Shown here: positions 32,074 through 45,378 of the stretch, piece after piece
How the letters are laid out: every line of letters begins with the position of its first letter
Numbering within the stretch: the stretch's first letter is position 1
Program-made: the position numbers and the translations under genes
From: an uncultured Gemmatimonadaceae bacterium
Lineage (GTDB): Bacteria > Gemmatimonadota > Gemmatimonadetes > Gemmatimonadales > Gemmatimonadaceae
Reading direction: 5' to 3'
Assembly: GCA_963790305.1 (NCBI GenBank)
Contig: CAWBOC010000006.1
Coordinates: 1 to 64,000 of the forward strand
Length of the DNA: 64,000 nucleotides
The notes under the pieces: model-generated
Told to the model about the DNA's origin: nothing
The model's input: the letters and a program-made list of their open reading frames with translations, nothing else
Database searches by the model: none

Positions 32074-33193
32074 ATGAAAATTCAGATCGTGAATTGGCAG
32101 GACCGCGAAAACCCCCAGGCGGGCGGCGCCGAAGCGCATCTCCACGAAATCTTCGGTCGTCTTGCGCGGCGTGGTCACCAGGTCACGCTGCTGTGCTCCG
32201 GCTTCGCCGACGCGCCCGCGCACATCTCGATCGACGGGATCGATGTGCATCGAGTCGGCACCCGCTACTCATTTCCATTCATGGCATGGGCGTACTGGCG
32301 GCGTGTGCTCGCGACCGATCGTCCCAATGTGCTGATCGAGGACATCAACAAGGTGCCCCTGCTCACCCCCTGGTGGGGGGCGCGCCACACGATCGCCCTC
32401 GTGCATCATCTGTTCGGGACTACCGCGTTCGCCGAAGCCGCTGTGCCGATCGCGACGGCGGTTTGGGCGTCCGAGCGGCCGCTGGGCTGGTTCTATCGCG
32501 GCGTTCCGTTCGAGGCCGTGTCGGAGAGCACCCGTCTCGATCTCGTCTCGCGGGGCATCCCGGCATCATCGATCACGGTGATTCACAATGGGGTCGACAT
32601 CGGCACGCTGACACCCAACCCCGCCGCCAGGTCGCCGTCCCCCAGGTTCGCGTACCTCGGGCGGCTCAAGCGCTACAAGCAGGTCGATCTCATCGTGCAG
32701 GCGTTCGCCCGGCTCGCGCACTCCTCGGCGACACTCGACATTGCCGGAACCGGCGATGACGGGCCGCGGCTCGAACAGCTTGCACGCTCGCTTGACCTCG
32801 GCGACCGCGTGCGGTTTCTTGGGTTTGTGAGCGAGGAGGAGAAGCTCGCGCTGCTGCGTGCCGCGTGGGCGATGGTGTTCACGTCGAAAAAGGAAGGGTG
32901 GGGGATCACGAACCTCGAGGCAGCGGCGTGCGGAACCCCGGTGATCGCATCCGACTCCCCAGGGCTGCGTGATTCCGTCCGGCCACGGAGAGACGGGATA
33001 TCTCGTTCCGCATGGCGACGTGACGGCGCTCGCAAGCGCAATGCGCGCGATCGCTGAAGCGCCGGATCTCGTGGCGGCGCTTGGCCGACGTGGACGCGCG
33101 TTTGCCGAGACCTTTACCTGGGATCGCGCGGCCAAGGAAACAGAGGCGCATCTCGCGCTCGTCACTGGGCAGGAGGCGGCACCGTGGACGTGA
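32074..33193 (+). CDS. Glycosyltransferase family 4; frameshift near 32980
   Basis: 'NPQAGGAE', 'AVSEST', 'YLGRLKRYK', 'EGWGITNLEAAACGTPVIASD', 'ETGYLVP'. Confidence 0.9.
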
Positions 33194-33495
33194 TCTTTCA
33201 TTCGCACAACGCCGTCATCTCCGAGCGCCTGCGTTTGCGAGCGGAGACCATCATTCACAAGCTGGAGACGCGTGCCGCGCGACCCGTCCGAGCGGTGGTG
33301 CGCTTCGAGCAGGACGGTCCCACGCGCCGCGTCGAGATCGTGATGCACGCGTCACGCAGGCGACCCCTCATCTCGAACGGCTACGCGCGAACCTACGGGC
33401 CGGCGCTCTCGGAAGCCGTTCACAACCTCCAGGCGCAGCTGGCGCGCTCGAAGCGCACGCGGAAGGCGCGCACGCGTATCGCCGCCAAATCGTGA
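33184..33495 (+). CDS. Divergent HPF/RaiA-like ribosome-associated protein
   Basis: 103-aa basic ORF with an HPF-like pattern ('VISERLR..KL..VEIVM..A..EAV..L..QL') in the usual position upstream of hprK. Confidence 0.65.
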   Translation: MDVIFHSHNAVISERLRLRAETIIHKLETRAARPVRAVVRFEQDGPTRRVEIVMHASRRRPLISNGYARTYGPALSEAVHNLQAQLARSKRTRKARTRIAAKS

Positions 33496-34472
33496 AGCGA
33501 CAACCCTTCACCGTCGGCCGCATGCTCGAGCAGCTGCAGGACACGCTGCAGCTCGAGCTGATTGGGGACGACGCGGGGCTGGCGCGGGAAATCACGAGCG
33601 CCGAGGTGTCGAGCCCGGGCCTCGTCCTCGCGGGCTACACCGCGCGCTTCCCGCACGACCGCGTGCAGGTGCTCGGAGAAACGGAGATCTCCTACCTCTC
33701 GTCACTGGATGCGGCGCGCCGCCGTGACGTCCTGGAGAAGTTCCTCTCCTTTCCCATTCCGTGTCTGTTCGTCACGAAGGGGCAGAGGCTGCCTGCCGAG
33801 CTGACGCAGATCGCCGGGAAGGTGGGAATTCCCATTCTTCGCTCGAAGCTCAAGACGGCCGAGTTCTACACGCGCATCAAACCGATCATCGCCGAGGAGT
33901 TCGCGCCGCTCACCACTATCCACGGGTCACTCGCCGACGTGTTCGGTGTCGGCTTGCTGTTCATCGGGAAGAGCGGCATCGGGAAATCGGAATGCGTGCT
34001 GGACCTCGTCGAGCGCGGACACCGACTCGTCGCCGACGATCTGGTCATCACGACGCGGCGCGGCAATGACATTCTCATCGGCCGTGGCCACGATCTCGCC
34101 CGGCACCATATGGAGATTCGTGGCGTCGGTCTGATCGACGTGCAGGCGATTTTCGGTATCCGCGCCGTGCGTCAGCAGAAGCGCATCGAGGTCGTGGTAC
34201 AGCTCGAGGAGTGGGACAAATCCACCAACGTCGACCGCACCGGACTCGATGGCGCAACGACCACGATCCTCGGGGTCGAGCTGCCCAAGGTCCTCATCCC
34301 GCTGAATCCCGGCAAGAACATCACCGTCGTGGCCGAAGTGGTCGCGATGAATCACCTCCTTCGCTATAGCGGAGTAAACACCGCCGAAGCGTTCAACCAG
34401 CGCCTCATGAAGCGAATGCAGGCCACCGAGCCCGCCGCCATTCGTCAGTACCTTCAGGAAGATGATGAGTGA
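33492..34472 (+). CDS. hprK: HPr(Ser) kinase/phosphorylase
   Basis: 'HGSLADVFGVG', Walker A 'GKSGIGKSE', 'GHRLVADD', 'MEIRGVG'. Confidence 0.96.
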   Translation: MKRQPFTVGRMLEQLQDTLQLELIGDDAGLAREITSAEVSSPGLVLAGYTARFPHDRVQVLGETEISYLSSLDAARRRDVLEKFLSFPIPCLFVTKGQRLPAELTQIAGKVGIPILRSKLKTAEFYTRIKPIIAEEFAPLTTIHGSLADVFGVGLLFIGKSGIGKSECVLDLVERGHRLVADDLVITTRRGNDILIGRGHDLARHHMEIRGVGLIDVQAIFGIRAVRQQKRIEVVVQLEEWDKSTNVDRTGLDGATTTILGVELPKVLIPLNPGKNITVVAEVVAMNHLLRYSGVNTAEAFNQRLMKRMQATEPAAIRQYLQEDDE

Positions 34473-34866
34473 AGGCGCGCCGGTCGCGATCATCGCGGCG
34501 CACGGCGACCTCGCCGCGGGGTTCGTGGGTGCGGTGCAGCAGATCACCGGTCGCGGCGATCTGTTCCTCGCGATGTCGAATACGGGATTGGGTGCCGCGG
34601 AGATCGAGCGGGCGCTTCTCGAGCTCGTCGATTCACGTCACATCCGCGTCATCTTCACCGACCTGCCCGCCGGGAGCTGCACGATCGCGGCTCGACGGGT
34701 GCTCGCCGCGAGACCGAACCTGGTGCTCGTGACGGGCGCGAGCTTGCCACTCCTCCTCGACTTCATGTCTCACGAAGAGCTCGAGCCGGCGCAAGCCGCC
34801 ACGCACGCCGTCGATCGGGCTGTGCGGTCGCTGATGACGGTGCCTGGAGTCGCGCGTGGCCATTGA
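34462..34866 (+). CDS. PTS mannose-family EIIA
   Basis: 'IIAAHGDLA', 'FTDLPAGSC', 'VTGASLPLLL'. Confidence 0.88.
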   Translation: MMSEGAPVAIIAAHGDLAAGFVGAVQQITGRGDLFLAMSNTGLGAAEIERALLELVDSRHIRVIFTDLPAGSCTIAARRVLAARPNLVLVTGASLPLLLDFMSHEELEPAQAATHAVDRAVRSLMTVPGVARGH

Positions 34867-35347
34867 TCTCTATCGCATCGACGACCGCCTCATTCACGGT
34901 CAGGTCGTCGTAGGATGGGGACAGCCGCTCAATCTCGGGTTCATCGCCCTCGTCGATGACGAGGTGGCTGGAAGCGAGTGGGAGCAGGAGCTGTATCGCA
35001 TGGGCGTCCCGCCCGACATGGACGTCTACTTCGCGACGCCTGACGATGCCAGCCGTCAACTGGATCAGTGGAACGCGGATCAGCGTCCGGGCATTCTGCT
35101 TACGGGCGACATTGACACCATGCGTCGCTTGATCGCCCTCCGTCCTACGATCACGACCGTCAACCTCGGCGGGATCCACCATCGGGCTGGTCGCACGCTC
35201 AAGCTCCGCTACGTGTATTTGTCGCCTCAGGAAGAAGAGGCGCTCCGTGCTCTCGAGCGGAGCGGCGTCGCGGTGACCGCGCAGGATGTTCCCTCCGCCC
35301 GCGCTGTTCCACTCGAGGACGTGTTGCGAGGCGAGGCTGAGCGGTGA
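34856..35347 (+). CDS. PTS mannose/sorbose-family EIIB
   Basis: 'RIDDRLIHGQV', 'VNLGGIH', 'QDVP'. Confidence 0.92.
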   Translation: MAIDLYRIDDRLIHGQVVVGWGQPLNLGFIALVDDEVAGSEWEQELYRMGVPPDMDVYFATPDDASRQLDQWNADQRPGILLTGDIDTMRRLIALRPTITTVNLGGIHHRAGRTLKLRYVYLSPQEEEALRALERSGVAVTAQDVPSARAVPLEDVLRGEAER

Positions 35348-36027
35348 GCCCGCAAGAGGTCTTCACCGTAGCGCTCCTCGGCGCCGTCATCGGGCTCGAC
35401 GTCGTGTCGTTTCCGCAGGCGATGATCTCGCGTCCCATCGTCGCGGCGACGATCGCGGGACTGTTCCTCGGGGATCCGGCGGGAGGATTGCTCGTCGGTG
35501 CGACACTCGAGCTGATCGCGCTCGAGACCCTGCCGGTGGGCGCCTCACGATATCCCGAATGGGGCTCTGCTTCGGTCGTTGGCGGCGCCTTGTTTGCATT
35601 GCGCCCAACCCCAACCGCCGGGGTGCTCACGATGGCCGTGCTCGGCGCCCTCGCGACTGCGTGGATTGGCGGATGGACGATGTACGTCATTCGGCGCTTT
35701 AATGGCGCCATCGCCCGCCGCTGGATTCCCACGCTCGGCTTGGGATCCGGTCGCGCCGTCATCGCGATTCAAACGGCCGGCATTACAGCGGACTTTGTGC
35801 GCGGCGGCCTGCTCGCCCTCGTCGCGATCCTCGCGCTCGATCCGCTGACGCGCGCCATGGTGGGGTTGTGGTCGCTCGACGCGAGACTTTCGCGCGCGGT
35901 CGTCGTGGCCGCGGCTGCCGCCGTCGCCGCCGGCGCCGTCTGGAAGCTTTTCCATAACACGCCCGGGGCCCGCTGGTATCTCGCCGGAGGGCTGGTGATC
36001 GGGGTGCTCCTCCTGGTCGCCCGATGA
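35344..36027 (+). CDS. PTS mannose-family EIIC
   Basis: 'QAMISRPIV..GLFLGD..GLLVGATLEL..PVGAS', multiple TM segments. Confidence 0.88.
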   Translation: MSPQEVFTVALLGAVIGLDVVSFPQAMISRPIVAATIAGLFLGDPAGGLLVGATLELIALETLPVGASRYPEWGSASVVGGALFALRPTPTAGVLTMAVLGALATAWIGGWTMYVIRRFNGAIARRWIPTLGLGSGRAVIAIQTAGITADFVRGGLLALVAILALDPLTRAMVGLWSLDARLSRAVVVAAAAAVAAGAVWKLFHNTPGARWYLAGGLVIGVLLLVAR

Positions 36028-36803
36028 CCGCTCCCTCGGCGTCGCTCGCCGCACCCTCGCTGCCGATTCATACCTGGGTGGAGATCTTCGTCCGCCAGCT
36101 CGCCGTGCAGGCGTCCTGGAATTACGAGCTGCTCCTGGGAACAGGCATCGGTTTCTGCCTCGAGCCCGCACTGCGTCACCTCGGTGGTGGTCGGGAGGGC
36201 GAAGCGTACCGTGCGGCGATGGCCCGGCAGTCCGCGTACTTCAACGCGCATCCGTACCTGACCGCCGTGGCGGTGGGATCGCTCGCGCGCGCAGAGCTCG
36301 AGCGCGCGCCGCCCGGACAGATCGAGCGGTTTCGCACGGCGTTATGCGGACCACTCGGGTCGGTAGGGGATCGGCTGGTGTGGGCGGGATGGCTTCCGTT
36401 CTGCTCGCTGCTCGCGCTCGCCGCGTTCGGGCTTGGTGCAAGTCCGGTTGCGGTCTTGCTGATTTTCCTCGGCTTGTACAACGTGGGGCACATCGGGCTT
36501 CGCATTTGGGGACTCCGCGTCGGCTGGACGCACGGGATGCGTGTCGCTGCCGCGTTAGCCAACCCGGTGTTGCGCCACGGGCCAACGTATATCGCCCGAG
36601 CAGCCGCGGCTCTGGCTGGAGTCGCGCTCCCCCTCGCGGTCGACCGGATCATCGAGCCCGGACGAGCGCTCCTGGGAGGGGTGTTGCTCGCGACGGTGGC
36701 GGGAGCGGCGCTGCTCACGCGCCTGCATGGTCGAATCGAGGGATGGCGGATCGCTGTCGGCGTCCTTGCCGCCTGCGCCCTCTACGCCGTGGTGGCTCGA
36801 TGA
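36024..36803 (+). CDS. PTS mannose-family EIID
   Basis: 'QASWNYE', 'YFNAHPY', 'GPLGSVGDRLVW'. Confidence 0.9.
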   Translation: MTAPSASLAAPSLPIHTWVEIFVRQLAVQASWNYELLLGTGIGFCLEPALRHLGGGREGEAYRAAMARQSAYFNAHPYLTAVAVGSLARAELERAPPGQIERFRTALCGPLGSVGDRLVWAGWLPFCSLLALAAFGLGASPVAVLLIFLGLYNVGHIGLRIWGLRVGWTHGMRVAAALANPVLRHGPTYIARAAAALAGVALPLAVDRIIEPGRALLGGVLLATVAGAALLTRLHGRIEGWRIAVGVLAACALYAVVAR

Positions 36804-37069
36804 TGATCGAGCGGTCGGTGAAGATCCTCAACAGAAATGGACTGCACGCGCGTCCGGCGGCCGAAGTCGTGAAGACGGCGGCCAAATTCAAGAGTGAGAT
36901 CACCATCGTGCGCGACGACCTCGAGGTAAATGGGAAGAGCATCATGGGGGTGATGATGCTGGCCGCCGAGTTCGAGGCGTCGGTGACGATCCGCGCCAAC
37001 GGGCCCGATGCGCAGCAGGCCGTGGACGCGATTGCCGAGCTCATCGCGCAGAAGTTCGGAGAGAAGTAG
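36800..37069 (+). CDS. ptsH: Phosphocarrier protein HPr
   Basis: His15 motif 'GLHARPAA' and Ser46 motif 'NGKSIMGVMML'. Confidence 0.96.
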   Translation: MMIERSVKILNRNGLHARPAAEVVKTAAKFKSEITIVRDDLEVNGKSIMGVMMLAAEFEASVTIRANGPDAQQAVDAIAELIAQKFGEK

Positions 37070-38865
37070 TGGAGCGCATCCTCGTCGGTATCCCGGCGTC
37101 CCCCGGTATCGTCGTTGGCCCGGCGCACGTGCTGCTCTGGGAAGTGCCCCCGGTGCGCCTGCGTCTGGTGCCGCCGGAGCAGATCGACATGGAGATCGCG
37201 CACTTTCACGACGCGCTCGCCAAGGCGCGTGACCGCGTCGCACACCTTCGCGCACGCGTCGAGCAGCATGTGGGCATCGAAGAAGCGAGGATCTTCGAGG
37301 CGCAGGCGCTCATTCTTCAGGACACCGAGATCATCGACAAGGTCGAGCTGCTCGTTCGCCACGATCATTTCGCGGCCGAGAGCGCCTTCGACCTGACAAT
37401 GAATCAGTGGCGAACCGAGTTCGCCCGGAGCACCTCTCCGCTCATCCGCGAGCGCGTGGGCGACCTCGTGGACGTCCACATTCGCGTGTTGTCGCTCATG
37501 CTCGGATTGCCCGATCACGATCCCGGTGACGTCCCCAAGGGAACGAACGCGGTCCTCGTCACGCACGATCTGACGCCGAGCCTCACGGTCCAGCTCGACC
37601 GCGATGCGATCGCCGGCGTCGCCACTGACGCGGGCACGCGCATTTCGCACGTCGCCATTCTCGCGCGATCGCTCGGGCTGCCGGCCGTGGTTGGTCTGCG
37701 CGATGCCACGCAGCGCATCAAGGCCGGCGACCGGCTCATCCTCGATGGCGGAGCAGGGGTTCTCGCCATCAATCCGACCGACGCCGGCATCGGGCAGTAT
37801 CAGGAACGTCAGCGACAACTCGCCGAGATGGAGGCGCAGGACGCGCTCATGGCTGGCGAGGAACCCGTGACGCAGGATCAGGTGCGGCTGTTACTGCGCG
37901 CGAACGTCGACCTTCCGGAAGACGCGCCATTCGCCGCGCAGAGCGGCGCCGATGGCGTCGGCCTCATGCGGACGGAGTTTCTCGTCGTCGGGCGCGCGAC
38001 CATGCCTGACGAGGAAGAACAATATCGAGCCTACCGGAGAGTCGTCGAAGCGTTCGAGGGACACGCCGTCATCATCCGCACCTATGACATTGGCGGCGAC
38101 AAGCTGCCCGTCGGCGGATACCCGAGTGAGCCCAACCCGTTCCTTGGATGGCGGGCGATCCGCATGTGTCTCGATGAGCCCGAGCTGTTCCGGGCGCAGC
38201 TCCGCGCGCTGCTGCGGGCGGCGCAGCATGGCGATGTCCGCATCATGCTCCCGCTCGTGATCACGCTCGACGAAGTGCTGCGCGCGCGGGAGCTGCTCGA
38301 GGAATCGGCGCGCGAGCTCGCCCAGCGCGGTGTGCCTCACCGCGCATCGGTGCCGCTCGGCGTCATGGTCGAGACGCCGGCCGCGGCCGTGGCGGCCGAT
38401 ACCCTCGCGCCGCACGTCGACTTCTTCTCGATCGGGACCAACGACCTCACGCAGTACACGCTCGCGATCGATCGCGGCAACGCCAACCTCGCATCGCGTT
38501 TCACCCCGCTCCATCCCGCCGTGCTGCGGCTCATCCGGCGCATTGCGGACGTCGGCATCGAGCACGGGCTGGATGTCGGCGTGTGCGGCGAGATGGCGTC
38601 GCAGCCTCTAATGGCGTACGCGCTCATCGGCCTGGGGATCCGCCAGCTGTCCGTCGCGCCGCGCTCGGTGGCGCGCATGAAACGCGTCGTCCGGCGCATA
38701 ACGGTGCGCGCCGCCACCGACGCTGCGAACAAGGCGATGGACGCCGGCACCGCCGATCGCGCTGAAGCGATTCTGCGCCACCGCCTTCTCAGCGAGCTTG
38801 GGGATGCCACGGAGCTACTCGACGGCTTGCCCGTCCCCGAGGCCTCTAGTAGCATCCAAGGCTGA
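37069..38865 (+). CDS. ptsP: PEP-protein phosphotransferase (PTS Enzyme I)
   Basis: 'GIPASPG', '[13 protein letters not shown]', 'GVGLMRTEF', '[12 protein letters not shown]', '[10 protein letters not shown]', 'CGEMA'; no N-terminal GAF. Confidence 0.96.
   Translation: MERILVGIPASPGIVVGPAHVLLWEVPPVRLRLVPPEQIDMEIAHFHDALAKARDRVAHLRARVEQHVGIEEARIFEAQALILQDTEIIDKVELLVRHDHFAAESAFDLTMNQWRTEFARSTSPLIRERVGDLVDVHIRVLSLMLGLPDHDPGDVPKGTNAVLVTHDLTPSLTVQLDRDAIAGVATDAGTRISHVAILARSLGLPAVVGLRDATQRIKAGDRLILDGGAGVLAINPTDAGIGQYQERQRQLAEMEAQDALMAGEEPVTQDQVRLLLRANVDLPEDAPFAAQSGADGVGLMRTEFLVVGRATMPDEEEQYRAYRRVVEAFEGHAVIIRTYDIGGDKLPVGGYPSEPNPFLGWRAIRMCLDEPELFRAQLRALLRAAQHGDVRIMLPLVITLDEVLRARELLEESARELAQRGVPHRASVPLGVMVETPAAAVAADTLAPHVDFFSIGTNDLTQYTLAIDRGNANLASRFTPLHPAVLRLIRRIADVGIEHGLDVGVCGEMASQPLMAYALIGLGIRQLSVAPRSVARMKRVVRRITVRAATDAANKAMDAGTADRAEAILRHRLLSELGDATELLDGLPVPEASSSIQG
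38827..38855 (+). promoter_or_regulatory. Possible sigma70 promoter for metK-ahcY inside the ptsP 3' end
   Basis: TTGCCC-N17-TAGCAT. Confidence 0.35.
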
Positions 38866-38924
38866 GACGAAGAGTCACAATTCTTGCATCGGGCGGCGCT
38901 CTCACGCCTGCCCCAAGGACGTAC

Positions 38925-41493
<2,569 letters not shown>

Positions 41494-41524
41494 GGCCCCG
41501 CGGCGCGGCGCTCGGGAGCGAGGG

Positions 41525-42043
41525 ATGATCGAAGTTCGCGTGGATCGGTTGGGGCTCGACAGCTCCTCCAATTCGTACGTGGTGATCCTCAAGGAGAAGC
41601 AGGGAGACCGGCTTCTGCCGATTTGGATTGGGCAGCCCGAGGCCCAGTCCATCGTCATGGAGATGAATGCCGTCAAGCCGCCGCGGCCGCTGACGCACGA
41701 CCTCTGCAAGTCGCTCATCCTCGGCCTCGGTGGCACGCTCAAGCGCGTGCAAATCACGAAGGTGAAGGACAACACCTACTTCGCGGAGCTGCACGTCCAC
41801 CGCGGGGACGACATCGTCCAGATCGACGCACGGCCCTCGGATAGCATCGCGATCGCTCTCCGGTTGGCGGCGCCGATCTTCGCGCAGGAGTCGCTACTGA
41901 CGGCGATCGCCGTCGAAGGCGGTGACACGCTTCAGAGCGAGGAGCCGGACCTGACTCCCGCCACCGACGAGATGAGCGCCGAGCAGCTCAAGGAGTATCT
42001 GGAGCGGATGAAGCCCGAGGATTTCGGCAAGTTCAACTTGTGA
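41525..42043 (+). CDS. Bifunctional nuclease family (DUF151) protein
   Basis: 'LPIWIG..EA', 'PRPLTHDL', 'IDARPSDSIAIALR'. Confidence 0.92.
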   Translation: MIEVRVDRLGLDSSSNSYVVILKEKQGDRLLPIWIGQPEAQSIVMEMNAVKPPRPLTHDLCKSLILGLGGTLKRVQITKVKDNTYFAELHVHRGDDIVQIDARPSDSIAIALRLAAPIFAQESLLTAIAVEGGDTLQSEEPDLTPATDEMSAEQLKEYLERMKPEDFGKFNL

Positions 42044-43230
42044 TGCTGCCTCGATTCCTCGCTCTGTGGTGCGGAGCGGCCGCCTGGCGCGGCCGCTTTT
42101 GCATTGTCCTCGGCGCGGTGATCCTCGCACCGAACGCGGGCGCGCAGGTGCGGCGCGTCACGGGCCGCGTCCTGCGACCGACGGCCGACTCGATGCGCGG
42201 CGTCCAAGGCTCATGGGTCGTTTTGCATCGCGTTGCCACCGACCGCTCGGGTCCCCTCGACTCCGTTCGCACGTCGCGTGACGGTGCCTTCAGCCTGCGT
42301 TACACGCCAGTCGGGAGCGCGGACGCCATCTACTTTGTCTCGGCTACGCACGACGGCATCGCGTACTTCTCACCGCCCCTGGATACCGCGCATGCCGTCG
42401 AGTCCGCCGAGCTGGCGGTGTTCGATACGACGAGCGCCCCCGTTCCCATTCACGTCCGCGGACACCACATCGTCGTCACGGCACGCGAACCTGATGGAAG
42501 GCGCGAGATCGTCGAGGTCTTCGAGCTCGCCAACGACTCGACCGTCACGCGCGTGGCCGCCGGTGAGGTTCCCGTGTGGAGTACCACGCTCCCGGACGGG
42601 GCCACCGACGTTCGCGTTGGACAAGGGGATCTCTCCGAGGACGCCATCCGGACCGACAGCGGTCGCATTCGTGTCTACGCGCCGCTCGCGCCGGGAATCA
42701 AGCAGCTCTCGTACGCCTATCGAGTGGATGCGGGTGCATTCCCGCTTTCACGTCCCGTCCACGGTCGGGGCGGCCTGCTCGAGGTGCTGGTCGAGGAGCC
42801 TAACGGCGTTGCGACGGCGCCGGGGCTGACCCGCGTCGACCCGGTGACGGTCGAGTCGCGCACGTTCAACCGATTTCTCGCCCAGGAGATCGTCCCGGGC
42901 GGCATAGTGCGCATCGAGATGCCGCGGGCAGCACTCCTGTCGCGGCGGGGATGGATCGTCGCAGTGGTCGCGGCAATCGCCACCGCGATGGCGTTGCTGC
43001 TCCTGCGCTCCAACCAGCGGCGCCCCGAGCGCATTATCCAGCGCTCTTCCAGCGCCCCTCCGGCGCCCCGTCCTGTCGAGAGCTTGGCACGCGAGATCGC
43101 TGAGCTGGACGCTCGCATGGAGAGTGCGCAGAGCGCGACCGAGGACGATCGAGCCGCGTACTCGCGTCGTCGCGCCGAGCTGAAGAGCGCGCTCGCGCGC
43201 GCGCTTGACGAGGAGGGTCGGCAGGCGTAG
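42040..43230 (+). CDS. Hypothetical exported protein with prealbumin-like N-domain, C-terminal TM helix and coiled-coil tail
   Basis: Signal-like segment, 'VTGRV..DSVRTSRDGAF', TM 'WIVAVVAAIATAMALLLL', helical tail. Confidence 0.7.
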   Translation: MMLPRFLALWCGAAAWRGRFCIVLGAVILAPNAGAQVRRVTGRVLRPTADSMRGVQGSWVVLHRVATDRSGPLDSVRTSRDGAFSLRYTPVGSADAIYFVSATHDGIAYFSPPLDTAHAVESAELAVFDTTSAPVPIHVRGHHIVVTAREPDGRREIVEVFELANDSTVTRVAAGEVPVWSTTLPDGATDVRVGQGDLSEDAIRTDSGRIRVYAPLAPGIKQLSYAYRVDAGAFPLSRPVHGRGGLLEVLVEEPNGVATAPGLTRVDPVTVESRTFNRFLAQEIVPGGIVRIEMPRAALLSRRGWIVAVVAAIATAMALLLLRSNQRRPERIIQRSSSAPPAPRPVESLAREIAELDARMESAQSATEDDRAAYSRRRAELKSALARALDEEGRQA

Positions 43231-43233
43231 ACT
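43205..43233 (+). promoter_or_regulatory. Putative sigma70 promoter of the B12 riboswitch-btu transcript
   Basis: TTGACG-N17-TAGACT immediately upstream of the riboswitch. Confidence 0.55.
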
Positions 43234-43251
43234 CACCGCACAATCGACGTT

Positions 43252-43397
43252 CGCGGACGGGAGTTCCGGAAGCCGGTGCAAGTCCGGCGCGGTCCCGCCA
43301 CTGTAACGGGCGCTGTACGCGTGCTCACGACGCCACTGACCACGAGTCGGGAAGGCGAGCGACGCGGCCCGAAGCCAGGAGACGCCTCGCGTCCGCG
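43252..43397 (+). ncRNA. Cobalamin (AdoCbl) riboswitch
   Basis: Conserved blocks GGAAgccGGTGcAAgTCC, CCCGCCACTGT, GCCACTG..GGGAAGG and B12-box AGCCAGGAGAC; P1 CGCGGACG/CGTCCGCG; lies upstream of a btu-like operon. Confidence 0.93.
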
Positions 43398-43498
43398 CCA
43401 CATCAGCAGACCCTCGGGGGCAGGGGTCGGTGGCGACCGCGCGGTCCATCCGCGTTTTCGTTCACGGGCACTGCGACTTCTGGGTCGGGTGCCCGCGC

Positions 43499-44404
43499 GT
43501 GCATCGACGACTTCGCCTGCTCGGATTGCTGCTCGCCATCGCCGCCGTCGGCTGCGACGCGGACCGACCGCGCGTCGGTGGCGAGTCGGCACACGCTGTC
43601 GAGCGCGACGACTTCGGCGGCGAGCTGCCGCGATTCACGCAGGCGCCACAGCGCATCGTGTCCATGAATCCCGCGACAACCGATCTCCTGTTCGCGGTAC
43701 ACGCCGGACCCCGCGTCGTCGGTCGCTCCAAATGGGACCTCTATCCCGACTCGGCCGCGCTCGTCCCATCACTCGGCGACGCGTTGCGGCCGAGTGTCGA
43801 GGCGGTTCTGGGAGCTCGCCCCGATCTGGTTGTTCTGTACGCGAGCGCAGACAACCGTCCGGCATACGATCGGTTGCGAGACGCCGGCATCGGGGTGGTG
43901 GCACTGCGCATCGATCGCATCGAGCACTTCGATCGGGCGGCGCGACTCCTCGGGAGGCTGACCGGGGATGCCGACGCAGGTGCACTGGTCGCGGATTCGG
44001 TGCAGCGCACGATCGCGCGCGTACGCACGGCAACCCAAGGACTCGCTCGTCCACGCGTGTTCTGGCGCATCTGGGATGCACCGCTCATCACCATTGGCCG
44101 TGGGAGCTTCCTCAGTCAGCTCGTGGACATCGCTGGCGCGCGCAATGTCTATGAGGACATTGAGGCGCCCTCGCAGCAGGTGACTTTCGAAGATGTCGTG
44201 CGCCGCGATCCCGAATTCGTGCTCGTCGGCCCGGAGGGCGGGGAAGTGGTGACACGCGACCCGGCCTGGCGCGCCATCCGTGCCGTGCGCGAGGGTCGCG
44301 TTCGCATCGTGGACACCACGCTCGTCGGCCGCCCATCCGTGCGCCTCGGGGAAGCGGCCATGCACCTGGCAGAGCTGCTTCACCCCGACATCGACATACG
44401 CTGA
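43499..44404 (+). CDS. btuF: Cobalamin ABC transporter substrate-binding lipoprotein (BtuF-like)
   Basis: Lipobox 'AAVGC', 'PQRIVSMNPATTDLLFA', 'PSVEAVL..PDLV', 'AGARNV'; downstream of the B12 riboswitch. Confidence 0.85.
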   Translation: MHRRLRLLGLLLAIAAVGCDADRPRVGGESAHAVERDDFGGELPRFTQAPQRIVSMNPATTDLLFAVHAGPRVVGRSKWDLYPDSAALVPSLGDALRPSVEAVLGARPDLVVLYASADNRPAYDRLRDAGIGVVALRIDRIEHFDRAARLLGRLTGDADAGALVADSVQRTIARVRTATQGLARPRVFWRIWDAPLITIGRGSFLSQLVDIAGARNVYEDIEAPSQQVTFEDVVRRDPEFVLVGPEGGEVVTRDPAWRAIRAVREGRVRIVDTTLVGRPSVRLGEAAMHLAELLHPDIDIR

Positions 44405-45378
44405 TGCGCGCCGCGCTCTGGATGGGCGGTCTCGTCGTTTTGCTGGCATTGTGCGCGCTTGCGGTTGCGCTCGGCCCGGTGCCCCTCGGCCTCGGCGAGG
44501 TGCGCGATGCGCTCGTCGGCGTGGGCGATCCGAACGCGATCGCCATTGTTCGCGCCATTCGTCTGCCGCGCCTGACGTTAGCCCTGATCGTCGGTGCGGC
44601 TCTGGGCATGGCGGGCGCCGCGTTGCAGGGCTCGCTCCGAAACGCGCTCGCCGAGCCGTATCTTCTGGGTGTGTCCGGAGGCGCCGCCGTTGGTGCAGTG
44701 CTCGCCTTCGGCGCCGGGGTTCGCGACGCCTCGACCATTCCCATCTTCGCGTGTCTCGGCGGTGGAGCGTCGGTGGGCGCGGTGCTCCTCATCGCGCGCG
44801 CGGCCGGGGGCCGTGCCGACCCGCGCGTGCTGATCATGGCGGGCGTGATCATGGGCGCCTTCGCCAACGCGGTGATCATGGTCGTGCTCGCGAACGCGCC
44901 ACCGAATACCGTGCGCGGCGCGGTATGGTGGATGATGGGCTCGGTCGCCGATGCCGGGTGGGCACAGATTCGCTGGCTCGCCGCGTACGTGGCGGTCGGA
45001 GGCGCCGCACTCCTCCTCATGGCGCGCGAGATCGATGTGCTCGCGCTTGGAGAGGAGCCCGCCGCGGCCTTGGGCCTCGATGTGGACCGCAGCGCCCGTC
45101 GGATCTACCTCGCGAGCTCGCTGTTGGCCGCGGCGACGGTCGCGGCCGCTGGCCTCATTGGGTTCGTTGGCCTCATGGTACCGCACATTGTTCGCGCTTT
45201 TGGCGTGCGCCGGCATCGCGCGATTGTCGCTGGTGCAGCGCTGGTCGGCGCGGCGCTATTGGTGGCCGCCGACCTGGTGGCGCGCACCGCGATGCCGCCA
45301 GCAGAGCTCCCGCTCGGCGCTGTAACGGCGCTCCTCGGCGTGCCGTTCTTTCTTCTCCGCATCCGCAAGCTCGCATGA
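44404..45378 (+). CDS. btuC: FecCD/BtuC-family ABC permease
   Basis: 'IRLPR', 'LRNALAEPYLLGVSGGA', 'LGEEPAAALG', 'GLIGFVGLMVPH', 'ELPLG'. Confidence 0.88.
   Translation: MRAALWMGGLVVLLALCALAVALGPVPLGLGEVRDALVGVGDPNAIAIVRAIRLPRLTLALIVGAALGMAGAALQGSLRNALAEPYLLGVSGGAAVGAVLAFGAGVRDASTIPIFACLGGGASVGAVLLIARAAGGRADPRVLIMAGVIMGAFANAVIMVVLANAPPNTVRGAVWWMMGSVADAGWAQIRWLAAYVAVGGAALLLMAREIDVLALGEEPAAALGLDVDRSARRIYLASSLLAAATVAAAGLIGFVGLMVPHIVRAFGVRRHRAIVAGAALVGAALLVAADLVARTAMPPAELPLGAVTALLGVPFFLLRIRKLA

Noticed and set aside
38866..38924. SAM riboswitch ahead of metK
   Set aside because: The spacer is only about 60 nt with one small hairpin and no conserved riboswitch motifs.
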